Below are positions 10,607-18,586 of a DNA stretch of 64,000 nucleotides, one piece after another. Under the pieces are notes generated by a model. It was not told where the DNA came from. It saw only the letters and a list, made by a program, of their open reading frames with translations, and made no database searches. A program made the position numbers and the translations under genes. Origin of the DNA: Parcubacteria group bacterium (GTDB lineage: Bacteria > Patescibacteriota > Minisyncoccia > Phycocordibacterales > CSBR16-119); the NCBI GenBank assembly GCA_943356745.1, contig CALRFT010000002.1, forward strand, positions 7,124 through 71,123, given 5' to 3'. The first letter of the stretch is position 1. Every line of letters begins with the position of its first letter.

Positions 10607-10735
10607 GGTGACCCCTCTCCGAGGACTGCGTTTTACATACAATCGCTTTGCTCTTGTGTAAAACGGGAGCCTCCGGTACCCTCCGGGTCACAAATCAAAA
10701 ACACCTCTTGCGAGGTGTTTTTGATTTGTGACCCC
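10607..10735. repeat. Nested hairpin elements bounded by GTGACCC/GGGTCAC (tRNA-Glu 3'-end-like), including the displaced tRNA-Glu terminator
   Basis: Imperfect hairpin 10608-10691 and near-perfect hairpin GGGTCACAAATCAAAAACACCTC-TTGC-GAGGTGTTTTTGATTTGTGACCC 10685-10734. Confidence 0.75.
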
Positions 10736-10842
10736 AAGACCTGGATTTCAGAACTTGTTAAGGAAAGTTTAACAATAAAATCCAGCATAAGCGATCTCCA
10801 AGGTATCTTTGTGAATAGCCCCTATAATTTAGCTAGGCAAAG

Positions 10843-11442
10843 TTAATCTTTTTGCTTTCCGATCAGTTTTGCAAATGATCTTGCAATTGGTTCACCTAGA
10901 TGAACCACAAATAAACCGTCAATAGAAAGCTCCTCTTTTATGTCCCAAAAGAAACGCTCGATCCTTTTAGTTATTCTTCTCAGATATCTTGGGTCAAATT
11001 GTACAGGTCTATTAATCTGCATATGACCATTCTCATGGATGTTTAGTTTGGTATTAAAGTGAGCAACCTGGTTACCTCTGGCTCGAACAAGAGGATTGAT
11101 GCTGAGTTTTATGGCTTTCAATCTTTTTAGATATCTATTCTTAATCTTTACATCTTGTATATGATCTACCAGTGTAAAAAGAGAGGATGTTTGCTTATCT
11201 TCATCTAATATATTTCCCAAAATGATGATGGCATCACGAGAATAAACATCCCATAAAGAAATGACAAATGTGGTTGTAATCTTAGGATTGGAGTCTTTGA
11301 CGATAAAATCGTCCTTGTGTTTAGCTAGATACTGCAGTAACTCAGCATGATCAAGCAATCGACTTGTACTACTAAAAATATAATCTGTTATATTTCTTAG
11401 CTTTCTTTCTTCACTTATTGTTACCTTTTTCTTTTGGCTCAT
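10843..11442 (-). CDS. Putative HEPN-domain protein (AbiU2-like RNase)
   Basis: IILGNILD...SSL segment followed by RGNQVAH (Rx5H) motif; ATG 1 nt after the helicase stop. Confidence 0.6.
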   Translation of the reverse strand: MSQKKKVTISEERKLRNITDYIFSSTSRLLDHAELLQYLAKHKDDFIVKDSNPKITTTFVISLWDVYSRDAIIILGNILDEDKQTSSLFTLVDHIQDVKIKNRYLKRLKAIKLSINPLVRARGNQVAHFNTKLNIHENGHMQINRPVQFDPRYLRRITKRIERFFWDIKEELSIDGLFVVHLGEPIARSFAKLIGKQKD

Positions 11443-11443
11443 A

Positions 11444-13168
11444 TTAATTAGTTGGAATAAGTTTATCAGTCCAAGACTTCTTATCTTCCTCATCAGGTAC
11501 TGCGATTACTAGAACTTTGCTCGGTCGAGAGATTGCTACATACACATTCCTCAACTCCTCATCCTGAGACACGCTACTAGTTTCAAGAAGAGTTTTATAG
11601 TTTTTAGAAACTTTCTTCTTCAGGAATAGTAGGACAGCTTCGAATGTTTCTCCTTTGACTTTATGAATGGTGCTTAATCTATAGTCACGCTGAATATTGT
11701 CCGTGTATTCTTGGGGAAATACACGAGAAAATTCGAGTTCTTTTGCCTCTGTGTTGTATGTGAAAGTGATAGGAATTTCAATTGATTTGAGCTGTTCACT
11801 GGCTGATTGAAGCCAAGCGCCTAGTTTAATATTTGTAAGCGGAAGAACTGCGAGTATAGCCTTGATTTCTTTTCTGAACTCAACAAAACCACGTTCATCA
11901 TGGAAATCATCCAAATCTTTTTCCGAGCAATAGTGTGCTTTCTTTAGAAATTTAAAGTAGCCCTTTTCTATATACTTTATTCCTCGATTGTAATCTTTGT
12001 TGTCTATGAGAAACTTGCCGATAGCAAAATCTCTTGCATAAGGACAACTATTTAACCAAGGCTTAATTTCTACGGTAAATGTGCCAGGAATAAAAAATCC
12101 TTTCGATCTAGCTAAGACTACAGTGGTTTTGGGTGTAATTTCTATGTCATTGGCTTTACATTTCTCTATAAAGTTCTTTACGATATCTTTTGTTTGTCCG
12201 TCAGTGTATGTGATAACCTCTGGCATACATTCAAAGTCCTTTACATCAACATTCGTTGCCAATATCTTGTTATCTCCCAATGAAGACAGGTTGTATACGG
12301 CATTACAAATTTTTTCTGAACTTCTCCAACTTTCATCAAGCACAATAGAGTTATCTTTCCAAAGTACTTGCTTCTCGATGAAAAGCTCTGGCTTTGCATT
12401 ATTCCATTCGAAGATTGCTTGATCAGGATCACCAACTAGCATTACATTTTGATCTGCATTTTCCGCTATTAATAATTCGATTATCTTCATTTGTATGTCG
12501 GTCGTATCCTGTGCCTCATCGACAATTAACCAAGGAAACTTCGAGGCAAGACTTTTTCTTACTGCGGGATATTTTTCAAGAATGACCATTGCGAAATAGT
12601 TTGCATCTGACTGAGTTGCGTAACCTTTCTTAGTAAACGCATCTTTCATCTGCTTCAATTTGAGATAGTTCTTATTTTCATCTCCGCCCTGGTTTAGTTT
12701 CGGCGGGAACGCTCCATGAAAATACTTTCTTTCTTTTCCATAAAGATCGCCATTTATTTCGTAACTTACTTTGTCAAAATAGTAAGGTGCGTCCTGGTCA
12801 TTCATACCCAGTCCCCATACACCATATGGTTCTCCAACCATAACGGGTCTTTGGTCGCAACCTAATACTAAATGCCCAAATGGAAGAAAGATGAATTTAT
12901 TTATAAAGCTATCAATTGTTCCGAGAAAGTGAGGGTAAGATACTTTTGTATTAAAATCTTCAGCACACTTCTTTTCGATTTCTTGCCAAGCAGTGTTAGT
13001 AAAAGAGATCGTGGCAATCCCTTGGTGTGGCAAAGTCCAATTTGAAATTAGCTTTGAAAGCTTTGCTGAAACACAGTATGTCTTTCCGCTCCCAGGACAG
13101 GCACGAACGACAAATTTACCCGTTCTATCGAGGACAACTTTTTGTTTGGTTGATAATTTCTCATACAT
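11444..13168 (-). CDS. gajB: UvrD/SF1A helicase, Gabija GajB-like
   Basis: ACPGSGKT, DEAQD, GDPDQAIF, WRSS, TIHKVKGETF, YVAISR; directly downstream of OLD nuclease. Confidence 0.8.
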   Translation of the reverse strand: MYEKLSTKQKVVLDRTGKFVVRACPGSGKTYCVSAKLSKLISNWTLPHQGIATISFTNTAWQEIEKKCAEDFNTKVSYPHFLGTIDSFINKFIFLPFGHLVLGCDQRPVMVGEPYGVWGLGMNDQDAPYYFDKVSYEINGDLYGKERKYFHGAFPPKLNQGGDENKNYLKLKQMKDAFTKKGYATQSDANYFAMVILEKYPAVRKSLASKFPWLIVDEAQDTTDIQMKIIELLIAENADQNVMLVGDPDQAIFEWNNAKPELFIEKQVLWKDNSIVLDESWRSSEKICNAVYNLSSLGDNKILATNVDVKDFECMPEVITYTDGQTKDIVKNFIEKCKANDIEITPKTTVVLARSKGFFIPGTFTVEIKPWLNSCPYARDFAIGKFLIDNKDYNRGIKYIEKGYFKFLKKAHYCSEKDLDDFHDERGFVEFRKEIKAILAVLPLTNIKLGAWLQSASEQLKSIEIPITFTYNTEAKELEFSRVFPQEYTDNIQRDYRLSTIHKVKGETFEAVLLFLKKKVSKNYKTLLETSSVSQDEELRNVYVAISRPSKVLVIAVPDEEDKKSWTDKLIPTN

Positions 13169-13171
13169 AGA

Positions 13172-14926
13172 TTATTCATTTTTTACAGCATACTTTATGG
13201 CATCCTGAATATAAGTTGGAATAACAAAATTTGTCAGAGCACCCGCATCTTCTTCAAGTCGAATTGATAACCGATGCGCCAACTCTGATTTGCCCTGCTG
13301 GTCTGCCACTTTTTTAGCAAAGTTTTTTGCATATGTCGGAATGTCAGCGTCCACAGTAATGGTAGTTTTTGGATGAAATTCTTTATATATCTCTAAAAGA
13401 ATTTGTCTGTTGAAATCACTTGCCAAGAATAGTTCGTATTCAAAAGTGACTGCACCAACGAAGACTTTCAGTAAGTTATTTTCCATTGCCTTTATCTTTG
13501 TTGCCCTTGGTGATCCATCGTCATCGTCCTTTGTTCTATCGTCATCAGTGATAATCGAACATCTATTTTTAAGACCTTTTTCTGGTTTTGCAGAATTGTA
13601 TAACTTTGCAAAATGTTCAAACGCAATTCCGTTTATATTTACAATTTCACAACCTGCTTTCTCCACATCGTAATCCGCACCCATTTTTCTACTAAAAACT
13701 GGAAGAAGTAGGGCTTCAGAAATACCCTCTACAAATATGACGCTATTTGCAAAGAATAACTGTGACTTCGTAACATCTAAGAACTTGTGCAGAAATTTTT
13801 TATTCGCTTCGTCTAGGTCTGAGTTTCTTAATGAAAGTGCAGATATTTCACCAGCTTGATGTTGCAAAACGTTGATTGAATTTAAATCTGCCTTAGCAGT
13901 AATTGTTGGAGAGTGTGAAGAAACAAAAATCTGAAAGTCCTTGTCTGTAGCAAGTTCATTTAGGTAGTTAAAAAATAGGTCTTGGAGCTGAGGATGGAGG
14001 TGAGCTTCTGGTTCTTCAATCAAGAGAGAAAAGTACGCTTCTGGTTCAATCTCTTTTTTCTGTTTTATGTCACCTAAAACTGTGGCTATATAAATCAAGT
14101 TATTATAACCAAGACCGTTTTGCCAAATGCTTAAATATTTCTGTTCATTCGATGGATCGAGTTTAAGTACTTCTTCTGAAAAGAATGGTAACTGAACATG
14201 TAAATTATTTAAGATATCACCAAATTCTAGTCCGCTAAAAGTAACCTCAATCTCTTGCTTCTTATCAAGAAAGGTTGTTCTGCCAAGATGCTCGTTTACT
14301 TTTTCCTTACCCTTAGTAATAAAATCTTTCCATTTGTCACCTTTAAGTACGGTTCTGACCTCTGTTGCTAAAGCTTGCTTCTCAGCTTCAGTATGAGATT
14401 GTGTATCACCGTACAAACGAGCCAATTTGCTATCTCTAAATGGTTTCAAAAATTGTTCTGCGTCACGTAGGGCATCGAGATGAACATAATTTATGAGCTG
14501 TAAAATTTCTGTAGAGATTTGCTGTCCCTCATTTGTTCCGCCCCAGACTTTGTATTTCAGTTTATTTTTCTCATCAAGGTAGTATTTTAAATGAAGCTGT
14601 AAATCTGCCTTATCGTTCTCATCTATAGCCAATAGCTCTCTGTATATAACAGGCTCGAGATCATCTTCTATTTCAAAATGCAGATCAAAAATCGTTTCAT
14701 TCTTTGCATCTTTAGGATCAGACTTGTTTATGTAAAAATCACATTCCTTTGAGAAGTAAATATCTCTCCTGATACTTCCGTATCCAAGGCAAAGTCGTAA
14801 GGCATCAATGATTGCAGTTTTACCTGCATTGTTTTCTCCAATAAGAATATTTAACCCCTTGTTAAAATCTAAGGAGAGTTCTTTGATTGATCTAAATCTA
14901 TTAATTTTTAGTTCTTTTATATACAT
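13172..14926 (-). CDS. gajA: OLD-family ABC-ATPase/TOPRIM nuclease, Gabija GajA-like
   Basis: GENNAGKT Walker A, GLGYNNL signature, IEEPEAHLHP Walker B, SHSP, TOPRIM FVEGISE and TDDD. Confidence 0.85.
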   Translation of the reverse strand: MYIKELKINRFRSIKELSLDFNKGLNILIGENNAGKTAIIDALRLCLGYGSIRRDIYFSKECDFYINKSDPKDAKNETIFDLHFEIEDDLEPVIYRELLAIDENDKADLQLHLKYYLDEKNKLKYKVWGGTNEGQQISTEILQLINYVHLDALRDAEQFLKPFRDSKLARLYGDTQSHTEAEKQALATEVRTVLKGDKWKDFITKGKEKVNEHLGRTTFLDKKQEIEVTFSGLEFGDILNNLHVQLPFFSEEVLKLDPSNEQKYLSIWQNGLGYNNLIYIATVLGDIKQKKEIEPEAYFSLLIEEPEAHLHPQLQDLFFNYLNELATDKDFQIFVSSHSPTITAKADLNSINVLQHQAGEISALSLRNSDLDEANKKFLHKFLDVTKSQLFFANSVIFVEGISEALLLPVFSRKMGADYDVEKAGCEIVNINGIAFEHFAKLYNSAKPEKGLKNRCSIITDDDRTKDDDDGSPRATKIKAMENNLLKVFVGAVTFEYELFLASDFNRQILLEIYKEFHPKTTITVDADIPTYAKNFAKKVADQQGKSELAHRLSIRLEEDAGALTNFVIPTYIQDAIKYAVKNE

Positions 14927-15091
14927 GCATCTTCAAGCCCAACCGTTGAGGTTAGTAATCGCATTTTAACATCTTTGGAGCATAAAAGCCTATCCTCCAA
15001 TTCATTTTTTTGCTAGAATGAGATTACAGTTGAATACAGTCGCCTAACCCTTGGCATCGAAAACCAAGGCATGGCGCAAAACCCGCTAAAG

Positions 15092-15193
15092 TGTAAAAAC
15101 CTCCTCGTCAGGAGTCACTTTAGCGGTCATACCTGGAAACGGGTATGGGTTCAGCCGAAAGGTTGGATCGCAACTGGCGAGGAGATTTTTGCA
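15092..15193 (+). ncRNA. Structured RNA, three-way junction, C4/CI-antisense-like
   Basis: 19/20-bp closing stem 15092-15111/15174-15193, two GAAA-tetraloop hairpins, G-U pairs consistent with + strand RNA, unpaired segment complementary to flanking repeats. Confidence 0.7.
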
Positions 15194-15233
15194 TCTTCTC
15201 GGATTATTAGTCTCATAAAAACCGCTAAAGTTT

Positions 15234-15659
15234 ATGAATACAAATATCTCTTCCTGGAGTACGGGAAGAAAGTTAGTCGTTTTTTTATTAGTTCCCATCT
15301 TCATCATCGTTGTCATAGGAATGGCAAACAGTCCAACTCCTGCTTCTGTTCCCAAGACGGCAGAAGAGATCGCATACCAGAAGAAACATGACTTTGCTTC
15401 ACTGGCGAAGATGAATGTCGAGATGACGCTCAAAGCTCCCTCTACAGCGAAGTTCAACACTTCACCAGTAGTGAAAGAAGAGAATGGTATCTACTCGATC
15501 AGCTCTTGGGTTGATAGTGAAAATAGCTACGGTGCAATGATCCGAAGTCAGTGGTCAGTAAAGGCTCATTACATCGGAGGGGACACTGAAGATGAGATCG
15601 GGACAGGTGCAAACTGGATCATCGATGAGTTCATTTTTGATGGGAAAAAGGTGAAATAA
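15234..15659 (+). CDS. Membrane-anchored protein of a mobile-element-associated type (LKxPxTAKF...VDSENSYGA)
   Basis: N-terminal TM helix, then LKAPSTAKF and VDSENSYGAMIRS motifs. Confidence 0.75.
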   Translation: MNTNISSWSTGRKLVVFLLVPIFIIVVIGMANSPTPASVPKTAEEIAYQKKHDFASLAKMNVEMTLKAPSTAKFNTSPVVKEENGIYSISSWVDSENSYGAMIRSQWSVKAHYIGGDTEDEIGTGANWIIDEFIFDGKKVK

Positions 15660-15664
15660 GTGCA

Positions 15665-15873
15665 AGTACATTAACAGTGCTGAAAACAGTGCTAGAGGGT
15701 GAAAAACAGGCGAAAAAACACGCAAAACGGTAAGTAATGGATTTGGACAAAAACAGTGGAAAAAACAGTGAAAACGGCATCAAAAACACAGTCTCGAAAT
15801 GTGCATTAACAGCGACAAAAACAGCGACAGACTCTCTAGATTGATTTGACCAAAAACAGCGTGGAAACAGTGT
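15665..15873 (+). repeat. Array of degenerate AAAC(A/G)(G/C) direct repeats, mostly in pairs 12 bp apart
   Basis: About 13 copies; C after the A-tract at 15675, 15687, 15707, 15719, 15728, 15754, 15766, 15775, 15787, 15810, 15822, 15857, 15868. Confidence 0.7.
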
Positions 15874-15916
15874 GAGAAGCATCAATTTAGGGGTCTAAAA
15901 TGCTAGTATAAAGATT

Positions 15917-16615
15917 ATGGATTTAAGGACATCATTACAAGTTATTAACCGTGACAATATCTCAGATATTGAGAAGTTTTTAGCGTATGTACTTGATGCC
16001 TCTACTCAGGAACTTAAAGAAGCTCAGAAGAGAACTTTAGCGATCGTATACCACAGACTGTGGTGGTATCGAGATCAGGAGATCAAACGCTTTTTCCCAA
16101 AGACAGAGAAGTTTCAGGAGTATGTACCGTTTGTGTTTTCAGATCACAAGCTAACTGCTGAGCAGGATTTAAAAAACTTATTACTGAACAATAAAGATCG
16201 ATTTGGAAATCCAGACTACCCAGCTCTATTAAAGTTATTTAAATCGGATATCTCTGAGACCCTATCTTTCTTCACAAGCAAAGAAAACAGAACTGTAGAG
16301 GGTACACAGCTAATTCTTCGTTACAACAATTATGGAAAGTTTTGGCATGGAGACATAACAAAATCTTGCTATCCCATCAATTCTAAAAGTAAGCGGTTCA
16401 AGTTACTAAGGTATCTAATTGAAAACGAGGGCTTTCAGGACACTAAGGATATCTTGGCTTCTGTGGGTGGCAAAGATACACACTCTATTCGTACTGCAGT
16501 TAAAGAGATGAGATTGCTTATAGAGAAAAAACTTGATTTAGACGATGTTATTCTCTCTAATCCACCCGATGGATATGCTCTAAATCCTAAATATAAAGTT
16601 GTTTTTGAGAAGTAG
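15917..16615 (+). CDS. Protein with C-terminal winged-helix (OmpR/PhoB-like) DNA-binding domain
   Basis: FKLLRYLIEN...SIRTAVKEMRLLI...DGYALNP pattern. Confidence 0.6.
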   Translation: MDLRTSLQVINRDNISDIEKFLAYVLDASTQELKEAQKRTLAIVYHRLWWYRDQEIKRFFPKTEKFQEYVPFVFSDHKLTAEQDLKNLLLNNKDRFGNPDYPALLKLFKSDISETLSFFTSKENRTVEGTQLILRYNNYGKFWHGDITKSCYPINSKSKRFKLLRYLIENEGFQDTKDILASVGGKDTHSIRTAVKEMRLLIEKKLDLDDVILSNPPDGYALNPKYKVVFEK

Positions 16616-16730
16616 CTCTTTCGTAGTGTTGATATCTGTATTTGTTCCTTATTAAATAAACGTTTTCTGATGCAAAAAGCTACCCGAGCCTCATGGACGA
16701 ACTACGGGGTCAGGTTGGTATCGTTCGACT

Positions 16731-16916
16731 ATGGAAGTCGAGCAACTATTCTCAAAAGAAGAAATACAGAACATTTCCGATCTTGGGAATGTGCTACGGG
16801 AGATACGCTCCAGGCTTAAACGTGAGGGTGTCTCAATAGATGAAGCTCGCAAAAAGTTACGAGCCACACGAAAAAGAACTTATGCCTCAAAACAAAGACA
16901 AAAACAATCCGCATAA
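16731..16916 (+). CDS. Small basic protein overlapping the recombinase start
   Basis: 61-aa helical, basic ORF; position typical of recombinase accessory genes. Confidence 0.5.
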   Translation: MEVEQLFSKEEIQNISDLGNVLREIRSRLKREGVSIDEARKKLRATRKRTYASKQRQKQSA

Positions 16917-18552
16917 AAATGAGTATCTGATCTACTCACGTAAGAGTACGGACGATGCTATTAATCAAAAGAACTCCATTTCCTATCAAGTAGTGGAGGC
17001 ACTTAAATATGCAAAGCATGAGAGACTGCCGATTGCGAAAGTTGATATTGAGGGATTTTGTACAGAGGGCATTATCCGTGAAAGACATACGGCATTTAAA
17101 GAAGACGATAATCTTAATTTTAGTGATGATGGATATATAAAATATCGTATACAAAGACCCAAGTTTAAACGCCTAGTCGATGCTCTGGTTAAAGGAGAAT
17201 ACAAAGGCGTAATTTTTTTATGTTGGGATCGTGCCAGTCGCAACAAGAGTGATAACAGTGTTATTTCAAAGATGATAAATCTTGGAGTTGATGTACTATT
17301 TGTTCAGGCGACATACGAAAAAACTAGCTCTGGTGGTCTTCATATGAATATCGATGGTGTCTTCTCTGAGCATTACTCACTGGTGATTAGAGAGAAAGTA
17401 ACGAACACGAGAAAGAAAATGAGAGACGAGGGTATCTGCACTTACAAAGCCCCGATAGGATATTTAAATAATGGCGATCCTCGCCACAAGCCTTTTGACC
17501 CAGATCGTTCACCACTCGTAAAACAACTTTTTGAAAAATACGCTGAGGGAAATTGGACACTTGCTGATCTTGCACGTTGGGCTAATGAGAACGGTTTGAT
17601 CACTGTACCTGCTCGTCGAAAGAGAACGGAGCAGGAAATGTTGATGGACGATGAGGTTACAATAGATGCGGTCTCTCGTCCTATGACGTTTAATCATATC
17701 CATAAGATATTAACTAACCAGTTCTATATAGGTAAAGTATTAGGAAACGAAAACCAATGGGTGAAAAGTGTTAGTCATGCCCCGCTTGTTGATGAAGATT
17801 TATTTTATAGAGTTCAGGGATTGCTCCGTTCAAAGAAAGTTAGTGTCCACTACAAAACCAAGCCTTATTTCGCCTACAGAGGGCTTGTACGGTGTGGAGA
17901 GTGCCACAGAGTGTATTCGCCTTACATGCAGAAAGGTATAGCGTATTATGGCGCACGATGCATTCTTGGCTGTAAGAATAAGAACCGTAATATAAACGCT
18001 AATTTCATTGAGGAGAAAGTGGGATCAAAGCTATTTAACCTCAATTTCACTAAAGAAGAATTGGCTGATATCGATCGTCAGACCAGAGGTGAAGTTGCTA
18101 CTCTCGATGATAAGCGCAGGGGGCGTTTAAATGTTATTGATCAAGAGAAACGAAAGCTTCGAGATGATCTATCGTACTTACGCAACAATAAATTGTCTCT
18201 GCTTAAAAATCAGGTCTATAGCCATGAAGAATATCTTGAACAAGAGAGTGACATTGCTTCTAAACTTCAAAAGCTGAGGAATGAAGAAGAAGCATCGGAT
18301 GTTTCGATGCAAGAAGTCATTAGAGATGTGGTTCTACTTTCCGAACTCCTAGAAGACGCTTATTTGTATTACTCTTTGGCAAATCCAACAGAAAAGCAAC
18401 AAATAATAACGAAAGTCTTTTCCGAACTTACATTATTTGGTAAAACCCTTGATTACCAATGTAAAAACGGTTTTAAAGTCTTCGAGAAGAAGAAAAATAT
18501 CTTGTGTGACCCTACGGAGAATCGAACTCCGATTTCCAGGATGAAAACCTGA
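16882..18552 (+). CDS. Large serine recombinase (integrase)
   Basis: Catalytic YSRKST, WDRASRN, APIGY recombinase domain, CGEC...CILGC Zn ribbon, coiled coil; 3' end runs antisense into tRNA-Glu. Confidence 0.93.
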   Translation: MPQNKDKNNPHKNEYLIYSRKSTDDAINQKNSISYQVVEALKYAKHERLPIAKVDIEGFCTEGIIRERHTAFKEDDNLNFSDDGYIKYRIQRPKFKRLVDALVKGEYKGVIFLCWDRASRNKSDNSVISKMINLGVDVLFVQATYEKTSSGGLHMNIDGVFSEHYSLVIREKVTNTRKKMRDEGICTYKAPIGYLNNGDPRHKPFDPDRSPLVKQLFEKYAEGNWTLADLARWANENGLITVPARRKRTEQEMLMDDEVTIDAVSRPMTFNHIHKILTNQFYIGKVLGNENQWVKSVSHAPLVDEDLFYRVQGLLRSKKVSVHYKTKPYFAYRGLVRCGECHRVYSPYMQKGIAYYGARCILGCKNKNRNINANFIEEKVGSKLFNLNFTKEELADIDRQTRGEVATLDDKRRGRLNVIDQEKRKLRDDLSYLRNNKLSLLKNQVYSHEEYLEQESDIASKLQKLRNEEEASDVSMQEVIRDVVLLSELLEDAYLYYSLANPTEKQQIITKVFSELTLFGKTLDYQCKNGFKVFEKKKNILCDPTENRTPISRMKT

Positions 18553-18578
18553 TGTCCTAACCGTTAGACGATAGGGCC
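18507..18578 (-). tRNA. tRNA-Glu (TTC)
   Basis: GGCCCTA/TAGGGTC acceptor stem, TCAGG-TTTTCAT-CCTGG anticodon arm, GTTCGATT T-loop; no CCA. Confidence 0.95.
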
Positions 18579-18586
18579 AATATAAC

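Larger units (their letters stand above)
10727..18512. mobile_element. Integrative element (defence island) inserted at the 3' end of tRNA-Glu by a large serine recombinase
   Basis: Direct repeat TGTGACCC at 10727-10734 and 18505-18512 (the latter is the tRNA 3' end); recombinase adjacent; codon style differs from flanks; defence cargo. Confidence 0.85.

Noticed and set aside
10583-10846. 87-aa ORF in the track as a stand-alone gene
   Set aside because: Its 5' half runs through hairpin repeats outside the element. Only the part after 10727 is meaningful, as the alternative recombinase tail.
15071-15460. Overlapping ORFs 15071-15391 (+) and 15086-15460 (-)
   Set aside because: They run across the structured RNA and the better-supported membrane-protein gene, and have no recognisable motifs.
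15665-15873. CRISPR array
   Set aside because: Repeats are 6-8 bp, degenerate and irregularly spaced. There are no 25-40-bp repeats with unique spacers and no cas genes in the window.
10727-18512. Prophage
   Set aside because: No capsid, terminase, tail, lysis or replication genes are recognisable.
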